This document shows, piece after piece, positions 37,341 to 46,731 of a stretch of DNA of 64,000 nt (positions within the stretch are counted from its first letter, which is position 1; each line of letters opens with the position of its first letter). Position numbers and translations under genes: made by a program. The notes under the pieces were generated by a model. That model was not told the DNA's origin. It made no database searches and saw only the letters and a program-made list of their open reading frames with translations. This DNA is from Patescibacteria group bacterium UBA3533 (GTDB lineage Bacteria; Patescibacteriota; Minisyncoccia; Phycocordibacterales; Phycocordibacteraceae), in NCBI GenBank assembly GCA_002376865.1, contig DFOU01000011.1:16969-80968 (forward strand), read 5' to 3'.

Positions 37341-37654
37341 CCTATTTTTGTACCAGGTGTTACGTCTGTTGTTGGAGAAATAAATGTTCCCTCATTTGGA
37401 ACCAAAATCATTCCATTACTTTCAAATCCTCGAATTGTTCGTGGCTCAAGATTTGTTACAAATGGAAACTGCTTCCCCACAAGCTCTTCTGGCTCTTCAA
37501 TTCTATCGCGAATACCTGAAATTATTTGTCTGTCCTCCTCTTCACCAAAATCTACTGTTAGCCGGACAAGCTTATCTGTATCTGGAACAAGCTCTGCACT
37601 TGTAACCGTACCAATGCTCATCTCTAACTTTCCAAAATCATCAATTGTTGCCAT
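37337..37654 (-). CDS. Stand-alone tRNA-binding OB domain (MetRS C-terminal/Trbp111/CsaA-like)
   Basis: DDFGKLE..G, DKL, RQIISGI, NLEPR, SNGMIL. Confidence 0.9.
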   Translation of the reverse strand: MATIDDFGKLEMSIGTVTSAELVPDTDKLVRLTVDFGEEEDRQIISGIRDRIEEPEELVGKQFPFVTNLEPRTIRGFESNGMILVPNEGTFISPTTDVTPGTKIG

Positions 37655-38039
37655 GTCGCTCTAAATAACTCGTTAAAATAATTGCTGCTGCTATTGCGTC
37701 TGCTCTCTCGCTCTCCTTCCCCGCAAGTTTTTGTGCATCTTTTGCCTGCTTAGTTGTGTAGTACTCAGGTTCAAAATCAATTGTCACCCCAGCATTTACC
37801 CCAAGCTTCTCTGCAAAGTCTTTGAGCTCTTGTTGAATTGCATTCTCTTCTCCATCTAAATTCTTTGAATCTCCAAACACTACCGTTTGCACTCCTTCTT
37901 CTTCGATAAGTTTTGTAACCTCTTCAAGAAGAGCTGGCGTATTTGTTAATACTGTATGAGGGAACCCCATCTTTCCATCGTCATCTGAGAGAGCAAGCCC
38001 CACACACTTACTTCCATAATCAATTCCAAGATATCGCAT
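37641..38039 (-). CDS. ruvX: YqgF/RuvX pre-16S rRNA nuclease
   Basis: LGIDYG..VGLALSD, E.YTT, DAIAAAIIL. Confidence 0.92.
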   Translation of the reverse strand: MRYLGIDYGSKCVGLALSDDDGKMGFPHTVLTNTPALLEEVTKLIEEEGVQTVVFGDSKNLDGEENAIQQELKDFAEKLGVNAGVTIDFEPEYYTTKQAKDAQKLAGKESERADAIAAAIILTSYLERHGNN

Positions 38040-38086
38040 ACATAGAGCATACCAGAGAGAATTTTCTATGCTATAGTCTCTGCCAT

Positions 38087-38392
38087 ATGGATTACACAGC
38101 AGTTATTGGATCAATCATCAGCGGAAATGCTGCTGAACTTGGTCTTATTGGAGGATTAGTAATTTTAGCACTAGTAGTTTGGACAATTGTTTGGAAAGGA
38201 CTTGCCCTATGGCACGCCGCAAAGAACGGACACAAAATTTGGTTCATTGCACTTCTTATTCTAAATACTGTTGGAATACTAGAAATCATTTACTACTTCT
38301 TCTTCCGAAAGAAAGGACAAAAAGGTCAGCAAATTGTTGAGGAAAATTTCCCGGCAAAAGAAGCTGAGGAAGAGCCAAAAGAAGCTCTATAA
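38087..38392 (+). CDS. DUF5652-like membrane protein
   Basis: WKGLALWHAA...WF...NTVGILEIIY. Confidence 0.8.
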   Translation: MDYTAVIGSIISGNAAELGLIGGLVILALVVWTIVWKGLALWHAAKNGHKIWFIALLILNTVGILEIIYYFFFRKKGQKGQQIVEENFPAKEAEEEPKEAL

Positions 38393-38427
38393 CAAAAAGC
38401 GCCCATCTGGGCGCTTTTTGTTATCTG

Positions 38428-38515
38428 CGGAGAGGGTGGGATTCGAACCCACGGACCCCGTAAAGGATCTCTTGTTTTCAAGACAAGTGCCTTAGACCAA
38501 CTCAGCCACCTCTCC
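38428..38515 (-). tRNA. tRNA-Ser(TGA)
   Basis: Long variable arm; CTTGT-CTTGAAA-ACAAG anticodon arm. Confidence 0.93.
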
Positions 38516-38552
38516 CTGTCTATCCCCCTTAGGGCGACACTTTAGCACCTTT

Positions 38553-39005
38553 TTATACAGGAAACAAACCTTTTCCGAAGTGATGTGTAGCGTGACAATT
38601 TGGGCACAATAGTTCTAAATTAGATAATACATCTGTTCCGCCGCGATGCCGTTCCTTTTTGTGATGAACCTGGAGTATTGCGTAATTAGACATGTTACAG
38701 CGCTCACACACTCCACCTCTTTTTTGTGCCAATCTCTCTTTTAACAATGACCCTTGATACGCTTTGTTAAATTTACCTTCTTTAGTATACGAAATGCCAG
38801 TGCGTGACTTATTTGCACAGGTGCGCGAACAGGTCTTTTTTTGACCGACATAAACTCCTTTGCAGATTTTGCACTCTTTCTTTTTCTGCTGTCCAAGACC
38901 CATGCATTTTTGAGAGCAATATACGTTACCGTTTTTAATTTGTGTTGGCCTGCGATACATTCTCTCCTCGCACATAACACATTTGCAATTTGGTCTTCTT
39001 TTCAT
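38553..39005 (-). CDS. HNH endonuclease with N-terminal Zn-binding repeats
   Basis: CxxC/CSxxC repeats; CERC..LQVHH..NLELLCPNCHATHH. Confidence 0.88.
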   Translation of the reverse strand: MKRRPNCKCVMCEERMYRRPTQIKNGNVYCSQKCMGLGQQKKKECKICKGVYVGQKKTCSRTCANKSRTGISYTKEGKFNKAYQGSLLKERLAQKRGGVCERCNMSNYAILQVHHKKERHRGGTDVLSNLELLCPNCHATHHFGKGLFPV

Positions 39006-39096
39006 ATTAAGTCTCTCTACCACTATACCACTTACTAAATGTTTTATTTGAACACTTCTGGGCAAATGTTCAAATGAAGATGCTATACTTTTTGCA

Positions 39097-39564
39097 ATGG
39101 ACAACAGCCCTCTATCTTGGAGAACAACAGAGAGGAATATCAAAGCCAGAAAACCTGACTGGTACTGGATCCTTGGAATTATTGCAGCAGCACTTGCTAT
39201 TGCTTCTATTCTTTTTGGAAACGTTCTCTTTGCAATTGTAATTGTCACAGGAGCAGTAGCGCTTGGCTTTGCTTCAGTTGGGGCTGCCAACGAATACACC
39301 ATTACGCTAACGAATCGAGGAGTGTTGATTGATTCAACACTCTTCCCATACGAAAATATTATCTCCTTCTGTATTCTTGAGTTTGAAAATGAAGATCCAG
39401 TACTTTCTCTTCGTACAAAAAGTATCTTTGCTCCACAGCTTTCTATTCCCCTTCCCGAAGGAATAGATCCTTATGAAGTATTTGATGTACTTGAGTACTA
39501 CGTACAAGAGGAAGAGCATCTAGATGGACTCTTCGAACGTTTTGTGGATTTTCTAGGATTTTAG
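39097..39564 (+). CDS. Conserved hypothetical two-TM protein with PH-like C-terminal domain
   Basis: W..E...DWYW, two TM helices, GVLID..FPYE. Confidence 0.75.
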   Translation: MDNSPLSWRTTERNIKARKPDWYWILGIIAAALAIASILFGNVLFAIVIVTGAVALGFASVGAANEYTITLTNRGVLIDSTLFPYENIISFCILEFENEDPVLSLRTKSIFAPQLSIPLPEGIDPYEVFDVLEYYVQEEEHLDGLFERFVDFLGF

Positions 39565-39582
39565 TGTAATTTATTTGCTACT

Positions 39583-39654
39583 GCTCCCGTAGTTTAACGG
39601 ATAAAACATTGGCTTGCGGAGCCGACGCTCCAGGTTCGATTCCTGGCGGGAGCA
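39583..39654 (+). tRNA. tRNA-Arg(GCG)
   Basis: TTGGC-TTGCGGA-GCCGA anticodon arm; A20-type D loop. Confidence 0.9.
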
Positions 39655-39720
39655 CAAAGTATTTACATACAACCTTTTTCCTGTACCCTCTCTTTTAGAG
39701 AGAACATTGGAGTGAAGCTC

Positions 39721-40194
39721 ATGACAATTCAACATGTACATCTTCCTCTTGGAACTTTCAAGAGCCTTGAAGTACTAATCAATGCACTTAAAAAAGCCCA
39801 TGTGCCTATTGAGGCTGGTGCACACATGCTTCTAACAAATTTTGATTTCAAACTTGAGACAGAGGAACGTGCCGCAACCATTGCTATCGGACCCCTCTCA
39901 GACTTTGGAGTACAAGAAGACGTAACTCTTTTTGAATGCTTTAGGAAACTTGGGGAGAAAAATTACAAACCCTGTCCTCCTGAAGTTGGTCCGTTGCTTG
40001 CTTTGAAACGAGACCTTCCTCTCGACGTAAACAGTTTTGCTGTGGGCATGGAGCCTTTTTTGGCTCCCACAGACACGGAAGATATTTTCTATGTGAAATA
40101 CAATGGTGTATATAGGACACTTTCTTCTATGCAGGTAGGTGGAGAAACTTTCTTTACCCCGGCAGAAACAATAGCCATGATTGCCCCATCATGA
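39721..40194 (+). CDS. Hypothetical protein
   Basis: GGAG SD; CPPEVGP motif; terminator 40203-40226. Confidence 0.65.
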   Translation: MTIQHVHLPLGTFKSLEVLINALKKAHVPIEAGAHMLLTNFDFKLETEERAATIAIGPLSDFGVQEDVTLFECFRKLGEKNYKPCPPEVGPLLALKRDLPLDVNSFAVGMEPFLAPTDTEDIFYVKYNGVYRTLSSMQVGGETFFTPAETIAMIAPS

Positions 40195-40226
40195 TCTTAT
40201 GCGAAAAGCGCTTTCCAGCGCTTTTC

Positions 40227-40496
40227 TTATTTCCCCTCTTTCTTTGCGATAGCTCGAGCGAGCTGAGATTTCTTTCGTGAGGCAGTGTTTGGCTTAATGA
40301 TCCCTCGCTTTGCGGCTTTATCAATTGCCTTGTATGCAGTTGGAAGCTTTTCTTGTGCTCCTTTTACATCACCTGCTGTAATAAGCTCCTGTGTTTCCTT
40401 TACTTCATCCTTTAGAGTTCGGCTTCGGCGTACGTTAAACACTCGCTTTCTAAGCGATGCTCGGTGTGCCTTTTTTGCTCCTTCTGTAATTGCCAT
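40227..40496 (-). CDS. rpsT: 30S ribosomal protein S20
   Basis: AKKA.R, IDKAAKRGIIKPNTASRKKS. Confidence 0.96.
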   Translation of the reverse strand: MAITEGAKKAHRASLRKRVFNVRRSRTLKDEVKETQELITAGDVKGAQEKLPTAYKAIDKAAKRGIIKPNTASRKKSQLARAIAKKEGK

Positions 40497-40556
40497 ATGT
40501 GAGCGCGATAATATAGGAGAAAGGCAACAAATGCAAGCGCGTGATACGATATATCC

Positions 40557-41114
40557 ATGATTAGAACGATTTCTGGGACGGTTCAGACAGTTAGTGACGA
40601 GCACGCAGTTATTGGCGTATTTGGCCTAGGCATTATGGTTCGCATGCCCAAAACCGACCTTCTCGCGCTCTCTAAAGGAGGTGAAGTTGCTCTCCACACC
40701 TACTTGGCCCTCCGAGAAAATGCAGCAGATTTATATGGCTTTGTTGCAGAAGATACGCTCCACTTCTTTGAGCTTCTCCTTACGGTCTCTGGTGTAGGTC
40801 CCCGCTCAGCTCTCGCTATTGCAGATCTTGCTCCTGTTGGAGTATTGGGAGATGCAATCCGTGCAAAAGATATCTCATACCTTACTCGCGTTGCGGGAGT
40901 TGGAAAGAAAATGGCAGAGAAAATTATCGTAGAGCTTAAAGACAAGGTTGAAGGAGATGGAGATGCAGAAGTAAGGGATGACGATACTGAAATATTAGAT
41001 ACACTAATAGCTCTTGGCTATAAGGAGCGTGAAGCAAAGAAAGCGCTCCACGCAATTCCAAATACTATCGTTGGGAAAGATGCCAGGCTTAAGGCAGCAT
41101 TAAAGCAATCATGA
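40557..41114 (+). CDS. ruvA: Holliday junction branch migration protein RuvA
   Basis: LYGF, VSGVGPRSAL, GVGKKMAEKIIVEL, LIALGY. Confidence 0.96.
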   Translation: MIRTISGTVQTVSDEHAVIGVFGLGIMVRMPKTDLLALSKGGEVALHTYLALRENAADLYGFVAEDTLHFFELLLTVSGVGPRSALAIADLAPVGVLGDAIRAKDISYLTRVAGVGKKMAEKIIVELKDKVEGDGDAEVRDDDTEILDTLIALGYKEREAKKALHAIPNTIVGKDARLKAALKQS

Positions 41115-42349
41115 TTTCAAAAATAAAATCACTCATCAGGAGCATTACTCCATCTTTTGTACTTTCGCTCTATCACCTTTCTCTTTCATTTATAAGTGCA
41201 GTATTAACCGGCTTCCCTGCAAAGAGCATGCAGGTGGTGCTTGTAACAGGAACAAAAGGAAAATCTACGGTTTCTGAATTGCTCTACACAATTTTAAAAG
41301 AGACTGATCACAAGACTGCTCTTATCAGCACCATCAAGTTTGCACTGCCTGAGGAAACTATTCCAAATAAACTAAAGATGACCATGCCGGGGCGCGGGCA
41401 AATTCACAGACTCTTGAAGCGTGCAAAAGATCAGGGAGCAACACATGCTGTTATTGAAGCTACGAGCGAGGGAGCAAAACTATTTAGACACACCTTCCTC
41501 TTCCCTTCTGTACTTGTCTTCACAAACCTACAGAAAGAGCATATTGAATCTCATGGTTCTTTTGAAAACTATAAAAATGCAAAGCTTCGATATGCAAAAG
41601 AAATCCGAAAAAATTCGGGAGCTATTGTTGCAAATGCAGATGATCCTCATGCGCAAGACTTCCTCTCATATGCAAAGGCACAAATTCCTTTCACTCAAGG
41701 AGAGCTAAAAGACTTGAGGACAGATGCAAAAGGAATTTCATTTACTTATGCAGGAGAAAACATTTCTCTTCCCTTGCCTGGAGTCTTTAATGGCCTTAAT
41801 GCACTTGCTGCACTTAAGGTTTCCGAGCTTCTAGGAATTAATACATCTGATGCAGCTGGGGCTATCCAGAAGATTGAAAAGGTGCGAGGGCGCGTAGAGT
41901 TTGTAGATGGAGGACAGGATTTTGCAGCAGTTGTAGATTATGCGCACACTCCAGATTCACTCGTTGCGCTCTATGGAGCTTTTAAAGACCAAAAAAAGAT
42001 CTGTATCTTAGGAAACACAGGAGGAGGAAGGGATACCTGGAAGCGCCCTCTTATGGGAGAGATTGCTGCAAAGCATTGCGATCATGTGATTCTTACCAAT
42101 GAAGATCCTTATGATGAGGATCCAGAGAAAATCATCTCTGAGATGTCAGAGAATATGACTCCTGCACCTACAGTTATTATGGATAGACGTGAGGCTATCG
42201 CATCGGCACTGAAGAAAGCTTCGAGGGGAGATGTTGTTCTGATCTCTGGAAAAGGAACAGATCCTTATATTATGGAAGCAAATGGCAAGAGAACAGAATG
42301 GGATGATGCGACTGTTGTGCGTGAAGAGCTTGCAAAGCTTACCGGTTAA
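41111..42349 (+). CDS. murE: MurE-like UDP-MurNAc-peptide ligase
   Basis: VTGTKGKST, GRVE, DYAHTPDS, GKG. Confidence 0.88.
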   Translation: MISKIKSLIRSITPSFVLSLYHLSLSFISAVLTGFPAKSMQVVLVTGTKGKSTVSELLYTILKETDHKTALISTIKFALPEETIPNKLKMTMPGRGQIHRLLKRAKDQGATHAVIEATSEGAKLFRHTFLFPSVLVFTNLQKEHIESHGSFENYKNAKLRYAKEIRKNSGAIVANADDPHAQDFLSYAKAQIPFTQGELKDLRTDAKGISFTYAGENISLPLPGVFNGLNALAALKVSELLGINTSDAAGAIQKIEKVRGRVEFVDGGQDFAAVVDYAHTPDSLVALYGAFKDQKKICILGNTGGGRDTWKRPLMGEIAAKHCDHVILTNEDPYDEDPEKIISEMSENMTPAPTVIMDRREAIASALKKASRGDVVLISGKGTDPYIMEANGKRTEWDDATVVREELAKLTG

Positions 42350-42367
42350 AACCTATAGTACATATAT

Positions 42368-43354
42368 ATGGCAGATGAAAGCGGAGGTGGAGGAGGAATT
42401 GGCGACGCCCTTTTCATAATTGGAATTTTTATTCTTCTCTTCTTCGTATGGGTTGCAACTGGCGGACCCAATAAGCCAATAGCATCTGGTGGATTTACTA
42501 TCACTTCTCCAAAACCTATTAGCACTGGTGAGGCTCGTGGAACTGGAGCGCTCCTAGGGTATAGAGCACCGAGCACTCCTCGAGTGAATACTCGCTCTTC
42601 TTCGGGGGGAGATGATTCAGAAACTGAAGAGCGTAAAAAACAAACAGAGGCAGAGAATGAACTTACTTCACTGGAGCGATCTATATATAGAGGAGACGTG
42701 ACACTTGTACGAAGTACTAGTGGTGCAAAGAAAACTGATCCACGAGAAGAGTATCTGAAGCTTAAGGTCTCATCTCGAGCAGAGAACCCTATTAGTATTT
42801 CAAATTGGAAACTAGTATCTGAGGTTACTGGAAAGAGTGAGGTGATTCCATTTGGAACAGAGCTTCCACTCTCTGGAATCATTACCGAGCGAGAAGCGCT
42901 CTACCTTGATCCGGGAGATGATGCATACATTATCTCTGGCCGCTCTCCTATTGGTGCATCCTTCCGTATAAATATGTGCATGGGATACTTTGCACAGTAC
43001 CAATCATTTACGCCAACTCTTAGAAAATCCTGCCCACTTCCTGAAGATGAGCTTAAAGCATTCTCGAGCATTGATCTAAATCGTGAAATAGCGTGTGAAG
43101 AATTTGTAGAGGACATTCCGCGATGCTCTATCGCAACAAGTATCCCCCCTACTGTTTCTGGATCTTGTAAAGGATTTGTTGAAACAAATATTAGTTACAA
43201 CGGATGTGTAAGAAATCACAAAAATGACGAGAAGTTCTTTGATGATGAGTGGCGCATCTATCTAGGAAGGTCTGGAGAACTGTGGAAGAAAGAGCGAGAA
43301 ACTATTCGACTGTATGATAGTGCTGGAAAGTTAGTAGATCAGATCTCATACTAG
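42368..43354 (+). CDS. Membrane-anchored Cys-containing protein with lamin-tail-like domain
   Basis: TM; EYL.L....ISNWKL; W....ETIRLYDSAGKLVD. Confidence 0.7.
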   Translation: MADESGGGGGIGDALFIIGIFILLFFVWVATGGPNKPIASGGFTITSPKPISTGEARGTGALLGYRAPSTPRVNTRSSSGGDDSETEERKKQTEAENELTSLERSIYRGDVTLVRSTSGAKKTDPREEYLKLKVSSRAENPISISNWKLVSEVTGKSEVIPFGTELPLSGIITEREALYLDPGDDAYIISGRSPIGASFRINMCMGYFAQYQSFTPTLRKSCPLPEDELKAFSSIDLNREIACEEFVEDIPRCSIATSIPPTVSGSCKGFVETNISYNGCVRNHKNDEKFFDDEWRIYLGRSGELWKKERETIRLYDSAGKLVDQISY

Positions 43355-43392
43355 TTGATATTCTCCTTACTTTGCGGTTATATAGGGGAATT

Positions 43393-43465
43393 CCGCCCAT
43401 AGCTCAGTTGGTAGAGCAGCTCCCTTTTAAGGAGAAGGTCCTAGGTTCGAGCCCTAGTGGGCGGA
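43393..43465 (+). tRNA. tRNA-Lys(TTT)
   Basis: CTTTTAA anticodon loop; GGTTCGAG T-arm. Confidence 0.92.
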
Positions 43466-43486
43466 CAAGATATAAAAAAGAGGACA

Positions 43487-43744
43487 TTAATCGTGTCCTC
43501 TTATAAGTTTTAGTGCTTCTTCTTCACTTATTTCTTCGTAGTCAAAACAATAGTCTGTCTCTTCAAACTTACAACAACGACATTTCCAATCTCTTTTCCA
43601 GGAAAAATATTGCCCTTTTGAATTCTTGAAGACATGAAGTCCATCATAATGACCACTACGTCGGAGACACGCAGAATCCTCATACTCTTCTAATTCAAAA
43701 TCGTGTTCCATCCGTGGAACTAGAAAGCCACAGCTCTCAACCAT
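43487..43744 (-). CDS. Small Cys/His-rich hypothetical protein
   Basis: C....GH.G.H and CRCC motifs; AAGGAG SD. Confidence 0.6.
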   Translation of the reverse strand: MVESCGFLVPRMEHDFELEEYEDSACLRRSGHYDGLHVFKNSKGQYFSWKRDWKCRCCKFEETDYCFDYEEISEEEALKLIRGHD

Positions 43745-43777
43745 AACTGTCTCCTTTCTAGGAGAGAAGGTATCATA

Positions 43778-44398
43778 TTAAATTTTTAAAAGAAATAATT
43801 CCAACCCCTCTTCAAAATCCACCTCTCCTCTTCTAGCCTCATGATAGAAATCAATAAATCTTTTTGATTGCCGTGCTGCATTTTTATCCTTTGGAATATT
43901 CCTTCGAAGTTTTGAGTGGATAAATCCTGCAAGCATTTCAGGCTCTGCTCCTGCCTTTCGTTCTTTTTGATATTCTTTCCATAAAGAGAGTCCATCTCCT
44001 CTATCTATTGCATTCCAGATAGCAAAGTTTGGCTTGCTATCTTTTGCAGGAAGGTCGTATGAGAAAACTTTTGTGGCATTGGCTTCAATTGCTTTCTTTG
44101 CTTTAGCCAAAAGCTTCCCTTCTATAATTGCAAAAACATTGTCTGACTCTGCGAGACTTTTAATATGTTCGAGAATAAAATCTTCTTTGCTCTTACAAAG
44201 TCCATCAAGAGATATGAGCATTCGCTTTGCAAAGAGTGATTGTCCTCCAAGATTCTCCAATACTACTCCCTCATCAAATGTATCTTCAGTTAGTCGCAGG
44301 TATGTGAGAGAGGGATCTTTTGCACGCCCTGCCTCAATCCAAGCAGAAGCCTTTGCGCGAACTTTGTCCTGGTCTGTTCCTATAAATGCGTAGATCAT
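43778..44398 (-). CDS. holA: DNA polymerase III delta subunit-like protein (short)
   Basis: MIYAFIG.D, SLF...LI; coupled to polA. Confidence 0.65.
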   Translation of the reverse strand: MIYAFIGTDQDKVRAKASAWIEAGRAKDPSLTYLRLTEDTFDEGVVLENLGGQSLFAKRMLISLDGLCKSKEDFILEHIKSLAESDNVFAIIEGKLLAKAKKAIEANATKVFSYDLPAKDSKPNFAIWNAIDRGDGLSLWKEYQKERKAGAEPEMLAGFIHSKLRRNIPKDKNAARQSKRFIDFYHEARRGEVDFEEGLELFLLKI

Positions 44399-46731
44399 AT
44401 ATCTATTGTCTCTCCCCAATTATCTCCTATTGCTCCGTCTACTTTAAGCGGTACATCATTTGTGTCTGTTAGCGGCACAGCATTCTCCATTATTTCTTTG
44501 ATCTTTGGAGCAATACTTGGATCCTTCATTTCATATACCAATTCATCATGCACCTGAAGCACAAGATGAGCATCGTGCCCTTCCTTCTTTAGGAACTCGT
44601 CTACCTTTACCATGGCAATTTTAATGATGTCAGATTGTGTTCCTTGGATTGGAGCATTAAGTGCCATTCGCTCAGCTTGAGCTCTCACAAATGGAAGTGA
44701 TGAGTTAATTCCTTCGAAGTGCCGGCGTCTTCCGAACATGGTTTCTGTATATCCAAACTTCCGAGCATTCCCTTTTGTGTGCTCAAGGTACTCTGAGAGT
44801 TTGTGGTACTTAGAGAAATACTCATTTAGGTACTCTTGTGCTTCAGCCTGCGTTGAATCAATTGCCTTCTTTAGGGCATTGACTCCCATTCCATAGAGAA
44901 TTCCAAAGTTAATGGCCTTTGCCCTTCGACGCATTTCTTTATCTACCTGCTCTGCTGGGACACCAAATACCTCTGCTGCTACCGCCTGGTGTACGTCCTG
45001 ACCTGTTTTAAATACCTCCATAAGTTTCTCATCGCCAGATAAGAAGGCTGCAATGCGTAATTCAATCTGAGAGTAATCAAATACTCCAAGTTTGTATCCT
45101 TTAGCTGGAATAAATGCATTTCGAATTACCTTTCCTCTATCACTCTTTATAGGAATGTTTTGAAGGTTTGGATTTATTGATGCCATTCGACCTGTTGTAG
45201 TTCCAGCTTGTACAAAGTCAGCATGCAGACGATTCTCTTTGTCGAGTGTTGTGTGCAATGTATCGATATATGTTGAGAGAAGTTTCTGAAGTTCTCGATA
45301 TTCAAGAATAAGAGGAATGATTTCATGATCCTCAATCATTTTTACAAGCTCGCTCTCTCGTGTTGATCGTTGTCCTGTTGCAGTCTTCTTTTGGTTCTTT
45401 GGTTTGAGCTCTAATTTCTCATACAGAATAACTCCAAGCTGTCTTGGAGAGTTAATGTTGAACTCTTCTCCTGCAAGTTTGTAGATCTTTGCTCTGAGTG
45501 CCTCAAGTTCTTTATGATATTCCTTTGAAAGTTTCTCTAGATGCTTCACATTAAGCATTACTCCCCTTTCTTCCATTTGGTGTACTACAGGCAGCAATGG
45601 CAACTCAATCTCATCATAGAGTTTTTGAAGTTTTGGTTCTTTTTTTAATTCTGCTTTTAGAATTTTTTCTGACTCTTTAAAATCTCGCACCTTTGTATAT
45701 GCACAAATATCTTCAAGACTTGGGTTGCTCGTATCAGAGTGCAAAAGCCAGAGCATAATTGCTACTCGCTCCACTTCCCTTATATCAATCTCCTCTTCTT
45801 TTTCTTCCTCCTTCTCTTCTTCTACAATTCCAGCAAGATTTTTTACCCGGTCGCGAAGTGTTCGAAAGCCAAGCTCACCAAAAAGCTCCATTAACTTCTC
45901 TACATGATTCTCTAGGTGCCAATCTTCAAACTTTTCAATTGTAATTGGAGCGTCAGTATGAATAATCGCAAGACTTTTTGAAAATTCTGCCTGCTCTTGA
46001 TGCTCTTTTAAGAGATTTATGATGCGAGGCTTAAATCCTTTCTCTAAAAATTGCTCTTCATCTTTTTTAAGCGCCTTATATACATCCTCGAGAGAGCCAA
46101 AAGCTTTGATGAGGCTTGTTGCAGTCTTGTCCCCCACTCCTGGGATACCCGGAATGTTGTCTGACGGATCTCCTCTGAAACCTTTGTAATCTGGAATGAG
46201 GTCTGAGTGGAATTCAAATCGATCCTGCACTGCTTCTTCATCGTACAAAACAGTGTCGGTTATTCCTTTTCGCATTGTAAATACTTTTACGCGACCCTCT
46301 TCTACAAGCTGTAGCGTATCCATATCGCCAGATACGATAATTACCTCAAGATCTTTCTTTCTTTTTGTCTTCTTTACGATTGTTCCAATCACATCATCAG
46401 CCTCGTACCCTTCTGCTGAATACAAAGGAATACCAAAAGCTTTGAAAATATCTGGCATTCGCCCTAATTGGTGCCCCAGTTCATCATCCATCTTCTTTCG
46501 TGTTCCTTTGTACTCTTCAAAAGCCAGATGCCTATGTGTTGGCTTTGGAAGGTCGTTTGTGGCAACGATATAGTCAGGATTGAGATCTTTAATTGTCTTT
46601 AGGAGAATAGTTGAAAGACCATAGAGCGCTCCTGTTGGCTCTCCTTTATCTGATACAAAGTCAGGTAATGCATGATACGCACGATGAATCAGTGCGTGTG
46701 AATCAAGTACGATTAGTCGTTTATCTGCCAT
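44395..46731 (-). CDS. polA: DNA polymerase I
   Basis: 5'-3' exonuclease (GYEADD, GDPSDN); polymerase motifs DYSQIELR, KAINFG, QVHDEL. Confidence 0.97.
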   Translation of the reverse strand: MADKRLIVLDSHALIHRAYHALPDFVSDKGEPTGALYGLSTILLKTIKDLNPDYIVATNDLPKPTHRHLAFEEYKGTRKKMDDELGHQLGRMPDIFKAFGIPLYSAEGYEADDVIGTIVKKTKRKKDLEVIIVSGDMDTLQLVEEGRVKVFTMRKGITDTVLYDEEAVQDRFEFHSDLIPDYKGFRGDPSDNIPGIPGVGDKTATSLIKAFGSLEDVYKALKKDEEQFLEKGFKPRIINLLKEHQEQAEFSKSLAIIHTDAPITIEKFEDWHLENHVEKLMELFGELGFRTLRDRVKNLAGIVEEEKEEEKEEEIDIREVERVAIMLWLLHSDTSNPSLEDICAYTKVRDFKESEKILKAELKKEPKLQKLYDEIELPLLPVVHQMEERGVMLNVKHLEKLSKEYHKELEALRAKIYKLAGEEFNINSPRQLGVILYEKLELKPKNQKKTATGQRSTRESELVKMIEDHEIIPLILEYRELQKLLSTYIDTLHTTLDKENRLHADFVQAGTTTGRMASINPNLQNIPIKSDRGKVIRNAFIPAKGYKLGVFDYSQIELRIAAFLSGDEKLMEVFKTGQDVHQAVAAEVFGVPAEQVDKEMRRRAKAINFGILYGMGVNALKKAIDSTQAEAQEYLNEYFSKYHKLSEYLEHTKGNARKFGYTETMFGRRRHFEGINSSLPFVRAQAERMALNAPIQGTQSDIIKIAMVKVDEFLKKEGHDAHLVLQVHDELVYEMKDPSIAPKIKEIMENAVPLTDTNDVPLKVDGAIGDNWGETIDI

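Noticed and set aside
38553-39302. N-terminal extension of the HNH ORF, and a possible tRNA intron
   Set aside because: Extension is antisense to the 39097 gene; tRNA-Ser is complete and no intron structure was seen
44395-46731. PolA short in the proofreading region
   Set aside because: Loss or degeneration of the 3'-5' exonuclease domain is common in bacterial Pol I
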